From positions 32,001 through 96,000 of IMG/VR virus record IMGVR_UViG_3300033121_002354: a stretch of 64,000 bases of DNA. One strand, written 5' to 3'. The notes under the pieces were generated by a model. The model was not told the DNA's origin. It worked only from the letters and a program-made list of their open reading frames with translations, and did not search any database. The translations under genes and the position numbers were made by a program. Positions 21,301-32,000 of this stretch are shown here, in pieces; the first letter of the stretch is position 1; the number at the start of each line of letters is the position of its first letter. Origin of the DNA: a virus. Its lineage: Duplodnaviria > Caudoviricetes.

Positions 21301-24300
21301 AATATTGTTAGTTACACTACTAAAGATTTAAACCTAAAGAATAAGTCTGTTGATTTCAGAAACCCATCGCTAGTTTTTGCTTATCCAAAAGTGTATGTTG
21401 CATTCGAAGCAGATTTTGGAGATTCATCAGCCATCTATGTAAGTACGTTTGACATATTGGCAAAAGATTGGTTTTCATCTGGATTTCCACAATTCAAAAC
21501 CGATGGAACATTATCTGGTACAGGAACTAGTATACTAGTAAGTGACCTAGAAAGAAATTGTGTTAAACCAGATATTACTACAGCAACAACCAGTCAAGTT
21601 GTGATAGTGTGGGAAGACAGAACAGAAAAAGTTGCACAAATATGGGGCAAAGCTTTATTTGTTGCAGATGACTCCGAATTAACGCCTGCCACACAAGTAA
21701 CTCACCGTTCTGTTTCGTGCAGAAATCCGGTAGTGTCATCCATTATTCCGAATGATTCTGTTTCTATCTTTTTTGAATCATACAACAAAATCGTTTCTTC
21801 GAATGAAGTTATAGACATAATAGGGACTGATGAAGGCACAAAAATTGATTACAACGAGCTTGGAGAAATATTCCACAGCTCTTACAATGGTGTATCAGGG
21901 ATATTTTTCGGCTCCGCTACAGGATTTGATGATGATGTAGTTTTAACCGGAAACGACAATAAAGCCTTTAATCCTGCAGCAGTCAAAAAGTCGGCTTCAA
22001 GCTCTTTCATTATTACATATGACTATTTTAAAAATAGTGGTGATACAACACTTGAGAGCAAAGAACATCCAGAATTTTATTTAATAGGTGATGCAACAGT
22101 TACAGACGACACTGGACTAAATTCTGTTTCTTTTGAAACAAATAGCACATCCACAGTTTCTATCCTTAATACAAAAGAATTTGCCATAGGCGATATATCT
22201 GATTCATTGTCTACCAAAATGCAAATCAAAAACTTAAAAATGTATTTTGGATATAGTGACAAGCCATTATCAGTACTTGCAATAAATGAATCTTCTGCAC
22301 CAACTTGGCCAGATGACAGAGTTTTCGATGTGTTTGCTGACGTAACTGGCGGAATTTTGTCAGGGACATTTTCTGGCTTAACCTATTTTAACACCAAAGA
22401 TTCGTCTATAAAGTTGATACCCCTTGAAACAGGCAAGACCAATTTCACTATTACAGCAATCAATTACTCTAAAAACGGAATATGGTTTGTTGGTACTGAT
22501 ACAGCGGTATACTTTTCAGTTGATGGTGGTCAAAATTGGTCAAGTCAGGCTTTGGACTACGTACAAGAAATTGCAATGGATAGCAATGGAAATGCTGTAG
22601 TTGTAACAGTTAGTGGCATTTACACTATTTCTATTAATATTGCTCAAAATACTGTTTCTTCGCTTACTCCTCGTATTTTGCGTACAAACCTAAGAACTGT
22701 TGCCGTTGATGAAAATGATATCATTTGGGCAGGAGGAGATGACGGATTAATAAGAATTGATGAAAACAATTCTGTCATTTCATTTAATTCTTCTAATGGG
22801 CTGTCTTCGAACCATGTTAACGACATAGTTATCGTCAATAAGGCAAACAGATTTATTGCAACCGCAAACGGCATAAATAAAATGAGCGGTTTTGCGTTTG
22901 AGGCGATAAACACGTCAACTCACGATATAGGAAGCAACAATATCCTTAGTTTGGCCTATAATTCAACAACTAAAAGTTTGTGGTTTTCTGCTCTAAATAA
23001 GTTGTACGAAATGACATTTAGAGATCCAGGAACAGACCGCATACCGGATGAAATAGAAGAATATGATACAGAAATATCTTTGAATGAATCATATGACAAA
23101 TCTACATATTTTATTTTAGATACAGACCTTCTTGTTTCAGATGGTACTACGCTAGAAATTAATTCAGAATCTTCAAAGGTGTACATCAACAAAAACTTGA
23201 TTGAGTTTGGCTACACCATTGATTCTAAGAATAAGTCAATAGTTTTTGATGCAGATATTAAGCCAGATGACATTGTAGAGATACAAATATCTAATAAACT
23301 GAAAGTGTTTAAGGATTTCGACCAGAACAAAATAGAGAAAGAAATTTCTGGAGAATACAAAACTGTCATTTCAAAGCTTGCTATCACTAGCCAAGGACAG
23401 CTTTTAGCTCTTTCAAATTCACAAAATTCTTCTCTTTTTGCTCACGCAGGCACAGCTAGCATTCCTTTTACAATTACGACCATTGACAGAGATAAACCAG
23501 CAGCCTGCTTACAACTAGTGGATCAACTTTCCAAAAGTAAGTTTAGATTCAAAGTTTTGGCTTCTGATGAAACAACCAATGTAGATAAAATGATTGTTTC
23601 AATCTATGACAATTTTACATCCGATGGAGAAACCCCGCTAGATTATGTGCCATACAGTCAGTTTGTCGTGCAAGATATAGGCGAAACACTAAACGAATTT
23701 TCTACTTCCTTGGATATCCCATCTACAGCAACAATAGGCACAAATGAATATAGCGTCGGCAAAGGAAAATTTCTAGCTACCCTAACATTTGGTCAAGTAA
23801 CTTATATATATGCCATTACTAGTAGTCCTGTAATAGTTTTCAGGATGAATACAGCAGAAGAAGTTTGGACCCCAATATGTGCAATCGCAAATGGTAGTAG
23901 CGATATTAAAGTGAACGCCGTTGAAACAGTCAGTAACGCCCTGTATATCATGACAGGAAGCAGTACTCAATCTAATAGGGGACAAATATATAAATGTGCT
24001 GATGGAGAAAACTTCATAACTGTTGGGACTATTGGCAACAATGCAAACTGTTTGACCGTAAGTCAGGACAATACAATATTTTTTGGTAACGATGCCGGTA
24101 CTATATATTCCTATACAAATGGGTCTTTGTCTCAATCTTATACAGGCATAGGGGCTACAATAAATTCTTTGGGAGTTATAGAAAACAGTCTAATTGCTGC
24201 TACTGGCAATTCTGGAAGACTTTATTTGATAAGCATGGAAACCGGAGATGTATCAATAATATATCAGTCTAAAGAAACTAATATATCAGATTTGTTAATA

Positions 24301-24459
24301 AGTGATACAATTTTCATTTCTGGGTCAGATTCCAGCATTGTTTATAGTAGTGACTTAAAGGATTTTTCATTCGAAAAAGACTATCAAAGTATTACAGGAA
24401 ACACTTTAAAACTTTATTCTGTTGACACAACCTCTGTTACAGATGTATTAGAGACATAA
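18340..24459 (+). CDS. Giant multidomain structural protein (FN3/Ig-like, LamG-like, several beta-propellers)
   Basis: 2039 aa. LKRGTTYYGQVRAWD FN3-like; SYKYIDADS...IRWYK...IIPFDGLEYG Ig-like; two GWxVE LamG-like units; VVWEDDRNGHSE blades; BNR motif SVDGGQNW; two-component-regulator-type propeller motif SNGLSSNHVNDI. Confidence 0.85.
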   Translation: MSTTINNIRINNVDPEIVDVYTKLHPFFSWDFESNAASIAQHAFEIKIGTYNRYVGSELFEGNIVSSVVESTVSSYEYTNYDLKRGTTYYGQVRAWDSEFVLDVDTSQNRKHLSNWLTFSFKVNQLPYVTNAKISPSHPFSSEDLSVSYKYIDADSHEEFGTKIRWYKFGVLQESFNDLQTLPSKNITIGDTWSAKIIPFDGLEYGVPSETNAVEIESSPAEFTTLEILPADPNIHDLLKVNYEFDNSNPYLNPDSVIVDFVWYVNDVEQTETGQTVRLSLAKDDVVKAKLKISYLGSIISESETDEVTISDASWKIFDLKVNGYKEPIGLTDLAPLVTWKVFKSQETSKELPAYFRLLITKTPSLQTPVFDTGAIEYTTNSYQIEDLDRGQTYFVHVGVGDTSSDLLYETIEIVTSGSSWKENVLNNVGWTVEFKFKLVDSADTNFQSVSIHDGTKFCLLSLYKNKIKFFSVDEYEYDIPTENPFTEFQVVRITGFNSDCQLYFNNNLALDLSGKLNSLSQAKRLEFGDMNPAIATSGVWSFFRYSTSGAFNVDTLSDDNDFDFYEVVNIQNGSIEDFKNGFIAWNPDSSSDSSVIFTLNENSKEVVLPTVNRNFSPITSIFIDKNNNKYIASANGIRALYGSKHEPDYFLDTSLGTLTISDFDVISNIEESDLSDVQYFSNDSLYIDTTASNINEYDPSSVSHTIHYLSQRAPGHKWFDNVDNAKGWQVELTFNLLKLEQEPFVEDDLTKDGVGIYINDGAHQETITFSQNSITLQNANIFVNVNASLTRVYRIVGQGNNIKIYQRLASVSAGNEQLLLDGTGLFTETATPAANSRKPKMAVDSDNNYHAVWGDDSGGKGSILYSKFSGGEWGKTEVVVESAAFTLKNPDIYINTDNNIYVVYEDLSYNRPEISVSIKDTVGWNPKIRLTSINSKKNGPKITGDSFGNIYVVWEDDRNGHSELFCAIRNKQLLAWNSSAQFGNDTNIVSYTTKDLNLKNKSVDFRNPSLVFAYPKVYVAFEADFGDSSAIYVSTFDILAKDWFSSGFPQFKTDGTLSGTGTSILVSDLERNCVKPDITTATTSQVVIVWEDRTEKVAQIWGKALFVADDSELTPATQVTHRSVSCRNPVVSSIIPNDSVSIFFESYNKIVSSNEVIDIIGTDEGTKIDYNELGEIFHSSYNGVSGIFFGSATGFDDDVVLTGNDNKAFNPAAVKKSASSSFIITYDYFKNSGDTTLESKEHPEFYLIGDATVTDDTGLNSVSFETNSTSTVSILNTKEFAIGDISDSLSTKMQIKNLKMYFGYSDKPLSVLAINESSAPTWPDDRVFDVFADVTGGILSGTFSGLTYFNTKDSSIKLIPLETGKTNFTITAINYSKNGIWFVGTDTAVYFSVDGGQNWSSQALDYVQEIAMDSNGNAVVVTVSGIYTISINIAQNTVSSLTPRILRTNLRTVAVDENDIIWAGGDDGLIRIDENNSVISFNSSNGLSSNHVNDIVIVNKANRFIATANGINKMSGFAFEAINTSTHDIGSNNILSLAYNSTTKSLWFSALNKLYEMTFRDPGTDRIPDEIEEYDTEISLNESYDKSTYFILDTDLLVSDGTTLEINSESSKVYINKNLIEFGYTIDSKNKSIVFDADIKPDDIVEIQISNKLKVFKDFDQNKIEKEISGEYKTVISKLAITSQGQLLALSNSQNSSLFAHAGTASIPFTITTIDRDKPAACLQLVDQLSKSKFRFKVLASDETTNVDKMIVSIYDNFTSDGETPLDYVPYSQFVVQDIGETLNEFSTSLDIPSTATIGTNEYSVGKGKFLATLTFGQVTYIYAITSSPVIVFRMNTAEEVWTPICAIANGSSDIKVNAVETVSNALYIMTGSSTQSNRGQIYKCADGENFITVGTIGNNANCLTVSQDNTIFFGNDAGTIYSYTNGSLSQSYTGIGATINSLGVIENSLIAATGNSGRLYLISMETGDVSIIYQSKETNISDLLISDTIFISGSDSSIVYSSDLKDFSFEKDYQSITGNTLKLYSVDTTSVTDVLET

Positions 24460-24460
24460 A

Positions 24461-25861
24461 ATGAGCAATACAACACTAATTAGTAACAAAAATTTATTGT
24501 TTAAGAAGACCGATAACGGTTGGGAATTGGTGTTGAAAAATGCCGAAACAATAAACGACGTAATTGATAACAAACTAAACACATTTGGTGGGCTATTTGT
24601 TATCTCTGACGGAAAAGTAATGAAGTGGTCCACTTTCGTTCCTAAAAAGAAAATTTACCTCAAAGTAAAAGATGAGGCTGGTAATGTTAGTGATATTTCT
24701 GATTGTTCTGTGGTAAGTCTTGACCTAAAATCAATTAAAGAATTCAGTCCAAGTTCCAGAATTCTTGACATTGATGAGTACGGCAATGTTGTTTACTCGT
24801 ATGATTCTCCAGAAGATAACACTTTTTATGGTGGAAACCTAATTGACACTGAAGTTGGAGTATATGAATCAGAAGTTTTTAACGGGACTAATGACCTGGT
24901 TTCTTGGAGAACTATTACTTGGACATCTGTAGAACCAGAAAACACAGAACTAAACCTTCAAATACGTTATGGTGACAGTACTGACGATATTTTGGACCAA
25001 GAATGGTCAAGCAATCTAGTAAAAGACATAGACGGATTTGTTGCAATAGATTATGTCCGCAAACAATTTATTCAATTTAGAGCAATTCTAAAATCACGAG
25101 TAAAAGATATAAGTCCGTCTTTGACCTCTGTTACAATAAAGAACTTGACTTCAAGGGCTACTCACTTTTTTACTACAAACTTTGTTCTTTCTTCAAGAGT
25201 TAAATCTGGACTTTTAACAGATAATCACGTAATACCAGTAAATGCAGATATCATATATGGCATAAATACAAAGAACAGTGTAGATTTTTCAGATTATCAA
25301 ATAATTGAACCAAACAGATTGTTTACCACGGATGCCAAACAATTTGGAAACAATCTAAGAATTGGAATAAAAATAATTTCTCCATCGTTGCCATTGCCAG
25401 TTTCAGAAGACCCATATAACAGCATAACACATGTTTGTAACATAGGTTTTAATTTTAAAAATGATACATCCAGTAACAAAACATATGACTTTAGAGTAAG
25501 GTTTTATAACGATGTAAACAGAACACAGTTAACGTATTCATTCTTCTCTGGAAACAACCAGACAGGATGGACATACGGAGTGAATTCCAATTTTCCAAGT
25601 ACTGGACTGCCTATTTCGGCAGGCAGTACAACTGCTGTTTCCTTTGTGCCCGGAAACACACTGGGATCACAGGTTTGGTATTTAGTAATAGATGCTTTTG
25701 ATGGTTCTGATTTTGGTACTGTGAATGACAACTCTTCATATGTATGTTCGAGTTGTACAGATTCTGAGTATGATCCTTATTGCTCTGAGCAACCCAAAGT
25801 AATGAACTTGGCAGTCGTTTTTACCCTGGATTCAGGAGAACAGGTGCAATTAAACATATGA
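24461..25861 (+). CDS. Structural protein continuing the domains of 18340..24459
   Basis: Starts with propeller-type strands, then KIYLKVKDEAGNVS; GVYESEVF...FIQFRAILKS...SPSLTSVTI beta-sandwich. Confidence 0.8.
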   Translation: MSNTTLISNKNLLFKKTDNGWELVLKNAETINDVIDNKLNTFGGLFVISDGKVMKWSTFVPKKKIYLKVKDEAGNVSDISDCSVVSLDLKSIKEFSPSSRILDIDEYGNVVYSYDSPEDNTFYGGNLIDTEVGVYESEVFNGTNDLVSWRTITWTSVEPENTELNLQIRYGDSTDDILDQEWSSNLVKDIDGFVAIDYVRKQFIQFRAILKSRVKDISPSLTSVTIKNLTSRATHFFTTNFVLSSRVKSGLLTDNHVIPVNADIIYGINTKNSVDFSDYQIIEPNRLFTTDAKQFGNNLRIGIKIISPSLPLPVSEDPYNSITHVCNIGFNFKNDTSSNKTYDFRVRFYNDVNRTQLTYSFFSGNNQTGWTYGVNSNFPSTGLPISAGSTTAVSFVPGNTLGSQVWYLVIDAFDGSDFGTVNDNSSYVCSSCTDSEYDPYCSEQPKVMNLAVVFTLDSGEQVQLNI

Positions 25862-26076
25862 ACTGGTTAAAGTTATCTCAAACACCAGTCGTTTTTTCTG
25901 GAACGTATCAACAGTGGAATGGTAGAGACGAAATTGGAGAATTAAGCGTTCATATAAATGGAAAACTATACAAATTTCTTCTTCATCCCTCAGAAAAAGC
26001 ACGATTTGAAACACTTTTAAGATACAACAAGGGTCGTGCATTAGCGTATTTGCGTCAGTTTGAAAGAACTCAATAA
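25858..26076 (+). CDS. Small hypothetical protein (MNWLKLSQ N-terminus)
   Basis: 72 aa; start overlaps upstream gene end, stop overlaps next start (TAATG). Confidence 0.65.
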   Translation: MNWLKLSQTPVVFSGTYQQWNGRDEIGELSVHINGKLYKFLLHPSEKARFETLLRYNKGRALAYLRQFERTQ

Positions 26077-29000
26077 TGCCCCTTTTTACCGAACAATACC
26101 ATTTGGCAAGTTTTCTCCAAGGAGATGTATATTCTAGTACCCTTGACGCTGCCAGAATGATTTGCTGTGATAACCAACTGTCTCTAATTAGTGACATAAT
26201 TCAAGATGGCGTAATTTCTGGCTGGGAAGTGTCTTCAGAGAATTTTCCAGTAATCACTGTTGCTCCCGGTTCGGGAATGGTAGATGGGTTTTTCGTATCT
26301 ACACAGAACTCTGTTAATTTCACGCTTGAATCTAATACTACATCATACGTATTAATAAAAAGAATTTCTGATCTTACGGTTGCAAATGGATGCGTAAGTG
26401 ACTTGTTACAAATCATTTACACCGATCTTACTGCTCCAGCCTCTCCTTCTGGATTGTCGGCTGTGAACAACTATCTAAACTCAAATGCTCCTTCAAATTC
26501 CATGATTATTGACCTGTCTTGGAATAGTAATTCAGAAACAGACTTTTCTCACTATAACATATATAGAAGTACTAACAATTCTGATTTTGATTTTGTCTCC
26601 GAATCTGAAAGCAGCACTTTTTCGGACTCTTTGTTACAAGAAGATACTACATATTATTACAAAGTGTCTTCGGTAGACACTAGCGGTAACGAGTCTTCTT
26701 TTTCTGCAGCCAGCGTAACCACTCCGATAACAACATTTTTGCCACCGAATCCAAAAAACGTAGTTATCTATCCATCAAATGAATCTATAAGTGTCTGTTG
26801 GGAAGAACCAGCAAACTTTTCTACGGATCTAATCTCGAACTATTTAATCACATATAGTCTTTTAGACACTGATAACTCTGTAATCTCCACCAAATCAATA
26901 TCGGTTAATTCAAGTGCTGTCTGTGAAAAAATAACATTGCTTGAAAATAATCATAAATACCTGATTACTTTATATACAGTTGATACTCAATCAAGACAGT
27001 CAACGGGGCTTACAAGTATTTCGATTCCAACAAATGGACTAAATGACCCCCAAAACGTTTTAGCGTCTAGCTCTGCAACAGAATCAGCAGCAAATGTAAA
27101 GCTCAGTCTTTCATGGACTCCACCAGGAGACGAGTACAGCACAAGCACAAACTTGAAATACAGAATATACACAACCATTGACAAATATGGAACAACCGAA
27201 TCACGCCCTGTAGAAACAACAATTGGGCAGACATCTATTGATTTAAGACTAATAAATTATAGTACTGGATACAGGTCTATTCCTGAGCAGTCTGTTGTTA
27301 CTACGAGAATAACAACTTTGCAGCTAGATGGGAAAGAAAGCAAAGGAATACTTGTAAGAACTAAAATAGGTAAGTACACTACCCCACAAAAAGTAAGGAA
27401 TCCAAATGCGTCTTTTGATTTGAAAAAAATTACTGTTACGTGGGGAAATAACTCTGACACTTACAAAGTAAAAGTAACAACATACAAAAAGCAAGCCAAT
27501 GAGCCTTACAGTGATTATGCGTTTGTTTCTGAGGTTGTATTGCAGAATACCAACGTATTTATTGTTGATACACCAGATCTAGATTTTACTTACAAATTTG
27601 TACTTACACCAATTGATAAATATGGCACAACTGGAGAAAGTTCATCTTTGACCATTGATATACCCGCAGCAACTGAACTGCAGGACATATTAGCACCAAA
27701 CAATTTTGTCGGTTCTGGTTTTGATGGCATTATAAATCTGAAATGGCAGCGTCCTACAGATGAAAACAATTTAATCACCAAATTTCTTGTGTATAGAGCA
27801 CAAGGAGAAGGAGTGTTGGACTTTGCAGAGTTTTCTCTAATAGATGAGCTGTCTCCTAATATAACTCACTATTCTGATTACGGTGTTGATCCCGACCAAA
27901 CATACACATATTTTATAGTTTCAGAAGATTTGTATGGAAGACAATCCTTAAATCCGTCAAATGGATATTACAACATAAATACAGTATCTGTTTCTGCCCC
28001 AATTAGTTCGGGACTAGAACCAGTTGTTGGACACGTATCTTTAGCAGGTAACGATATCGTTCTTGAATGGTCCAATTTGCCAGGTGAAACTTTTGATTCA
28101 TTTGAAATACTCCGCTCCATAGATAACAGAAATAGCTGGATATCTATAGCAACTGTAAACACCGAAGAGTTGACCACTGACTATTCTTATACAGATACCA
28201 ATATTGCCACAACAAATGGACAGAAATTTTATTATGTAATAAGAAAAATAAGTAACAATTCTTCAGTTGTTATTTCTGGAGATTTAACTGAAGAGAACAC
28301 TCTTTTAATAGCAACTGCGATTACAAGTGATTCTTCTGTCACTACCAACAACGATGTAAAAAGAAACTTGGCCAATCTTCATGATCCCATAATTGAAAAA
28401 ACTGATGCATCCCTTCTTCTTCATAGGCATGGTGGTAGCAAGTCATTTGATCCAGAAAAAGTTGATCTAAATTCAAGCTTGATAGTTACCGATTGGACAA
28501 CAACAGATGGAAAAACGTGGAAAACTACAGAAGATATTTCGGAAGGAGAAATATACGACCTTTCTGTAAACAGCGAATTTCCAACCGTAATTTATAAAGT
28601 GTTTTCAGATGAAAGCAAGATTTTGTTTGCTGATCCAATATCAACCACGAGCTTGTTGAAGTTAACAGTATATGGGATTAATGAGGTTTCCAATATACTG
28701 TCTGTTGACAAGTTTGACAATATACATGCAAGACAAATCGCTTTAGGGAGATTGACTCTTGATCAATTGCCAGATCTAGATCATAACGGGGTCACCAAAG
28801 AACCTATTTACCCAATTAGATCTACTCTTAAGATGTATGACACACACACTTATCAATCAAATGCATCAGATAAATTATTTGGTGATGCAACTACTTTTTT
28901 TGCTATTACTGATAAATCGGCAATTGTAGAGGAATTTCAAAGTTTCGATAATTCAACTGTCGGCACAACTGTTTTGTTTAACAATCCAGAAAACGACAGC

Positions 29001-32000
29001 TACACCATTGACAACATTGTTAGTGGATCTTCAGAAGTTACGGTAGAACAAGCATTTGATGGAGATAAATCTTATAAGGTAACAATAAAATTTAAGGATA
29101 CACAGCCCCAACGCTGGGTCAAATTAAACACCTCCGGTTTTAATCCTGTAGTAAATCTAAGCAAGCATCTTGGTTTCAGAATCATGGTGATGAGTGGGTC
29201 TTTTTATCTTGGCATTGGAGTTAGAAAATCAGAAAACGGAGAAACGACACCAGGAAGTGACGGAGGAATTACAAATTCCCAAGGAAAAATAGGGGATATA
29301 GAATTTGTTGGTGTTACGGAAGTAACAGAATATGGCGACCTTTTGGTCCCAAAAGGACAGTACTTGTTGTCTGAAAGACCCGGGTTCTGGAGAGATGTAC
29401 AATTTGATTTTACGGAAAACGTACATGCTTTTACTGGAGATGGAAATTTAAGCACTACAACTGGATATGCAACACTTGAACATCTAGCCATAACCGTTAA
29501 CACCGATGAAGAAATAGTGTTTTTTATAGACTCAATCGAGCAACGTTCAGATATTTTAGCCGGGTCAACAAGCAACGGGCTAATGACATCAGACAATTTT
29601 GGGCAAAGCTGGAGCGTTTTAAGATATACAGAAACGCCAATACACAAATTTTATAAAGCCTCAATTAATGGATTTTTGTGGGGAATTTCGTCCAAAAAGG
29701 TTTATTATTCGTCAAATACAGAACAATGGTTTGAAATCCCCGGCATTGAAAATGTTCACTTTGTTTATGACATCGTTGAAGACGTTGATGGCGATATGTT
29801 TGTTTCTACAGATAAGGGCGTCTTCATTTTAAGAACGGCAACATATTCGGCGTTTTTTGAATTGACAAAAACAAAATATGTAACTTCTTTGTCTTCTTCT
29901 ACTTATGCAATTTGGTATACATATCCATATGTGTATGTAAGTACTGATTTTGGTATTTTTAAGTCACAAGATAAGGGAGAAAAATGGACTGATTCTGGAT
30001 TTTTAAGTGATGATCCAGAACCAATTTTGCAAGTATCACTTCAAGACACAGATTTAATTGCTATAAGCGAAACATCGGTTTACAGAAAACTGTTAAACGA
30101 AAGTAAGTTTGTCTCATTGTCAAATATTACTGAAAGTATTGATACGGTTACATCTTTGTGGAAATTTGACCTTAAAAACAACTCTATATTTGTTTCTACA
30201 AATGATGGTATTTATACAAACGTACTTGATGTTTTGTTTGATCCTACGGTTTTAACGGCAGAATTTGATAGAGTGTTTCCAGAAACTGAAACAAACAATA
30301 TTCCTCAGCCTGCAACTGAAATAAAAAATATAAACAACAACCTATTTATTGCGACAGAAAACAAACTTTTTGTCTCTAATGATACAGTTAATTTAGTCAC
30401 AAATTATCAGTCTAAGGACAGTCCCAGATTTTTTGTAGATGGAAACGAAATAAAAACAAATTACACATATAGCTGTTTTAATAATGTGCTTTCTCTAAAG
30501 ATCGCTCCCGGTCTGCTATCAACAGTAGAGGGTGAACAACTACCAAGAAAGAAATATCAATCATCAACACAATGGGCTCAAAGAGATATTAATGCAGATG
30601 TATTAATTTATCTCAATGGAGTTCCAACTTGGATAGATTTTGCTTTTGACACAACCGATTTTACTCAGAAAGTACAAGATATATTAGACAATCTTTCTGG
30701 AAGTACGGAACCAGAATTGCGTGTCATACAAAGTGGGAACGTTATATTAACTCCCCTAGTAACAACCAAGACTGTTTCTCAGTTTTTGTCTGACTATAGC
30801 TATTTAATATCAACTAACGACAGCATGCCGGTTACAACGTTAAACGGGGCCAACAACACAAATAGGCAACCAAAAACAGTTGATGTATTTAGTATATTAA
30901 GTGTTTCTGATTTGGGTTATACATCTACGCTGTCTTCTTTGATCGACTTTGATTCATTTGTTAGAGCATTTGAAGGTGGATACCTAGAGTCAGAACTGCA
31001 GTCTAAATTATCTACTGCAAAATCAAACGGAGCCGGAACACAATATGATTTAGCAGTTAAAACTGTAATTGACAAATTAAATACTAAAACAAGTTACACA
31101 ATTGATACAAAAGCAGAGATCGAAACAGAGCTTGGTTTTAGTGCCAAAAACAGTACAGGAATAATCATTGATGCAAATCACGGATTGTTTGATTTTACTA
31201 CCTATTTATCAACTAACAAAACCTCGTTTAAAAAAGAAGACAAACTAACAGTATCTATATTCGGATGTACTATAAGCAACATAGGAATAAATTCTCACGA
31301 CCAAATCGAAGACGGTTTTGAGTTTGTAAACAGTGGAATGCATAGTAGCCTAACAGATGTTGTTACGGGCAACTTTATTAAAAACGGAATCTTCTTAGAT
31401 AGACAATTTGGAACACTGGAAGAGAATACTACCAGTTATATCAAAAGTTATTATAAAAGCATCTCTTCGGGGTCTTATGACGTTTTAAATTCTACTGTCG
31501 ATTATGCACTTGTATCTAGCAACAAAGAAGTAGAAATACCAGAAATAGTATTGAGTACACTATGGATTACAGACGAATACCTTGGAAACAGATTGTGGAT
31601 AGGAACAGATGTTGGTATTTTGGAGTACGAATTTGTTAGCGGCAGCCTTAATTACTCTAGACTTATCACAATAAATTCAGAATATGTGTACATAAATCAG
31701 CTTCTGCAACAAAACGATTCTATTCTTGTTTGTACAAACACGACCATTTTTGAAACATTTGATTTTGGGACAACATGGACCGAACTTAATACAAAAAACC
31801 TTCCTTCACAAATTAACAACATTGGAGTTGCCAATGGTACAATAATAGCTGCAACATCTGAAGGTTTGTGGTGGTCGCCAAGTGACCAATTCGGTTTTAG
31901 TAAAGCCGCCCTAACCACATCAAGCAGACTTGCTGGCCAAAACAAAATAGATAGCGAATTGGCTTTCATAGGGAACATAATTAATTTGGAGTGTAATAAT

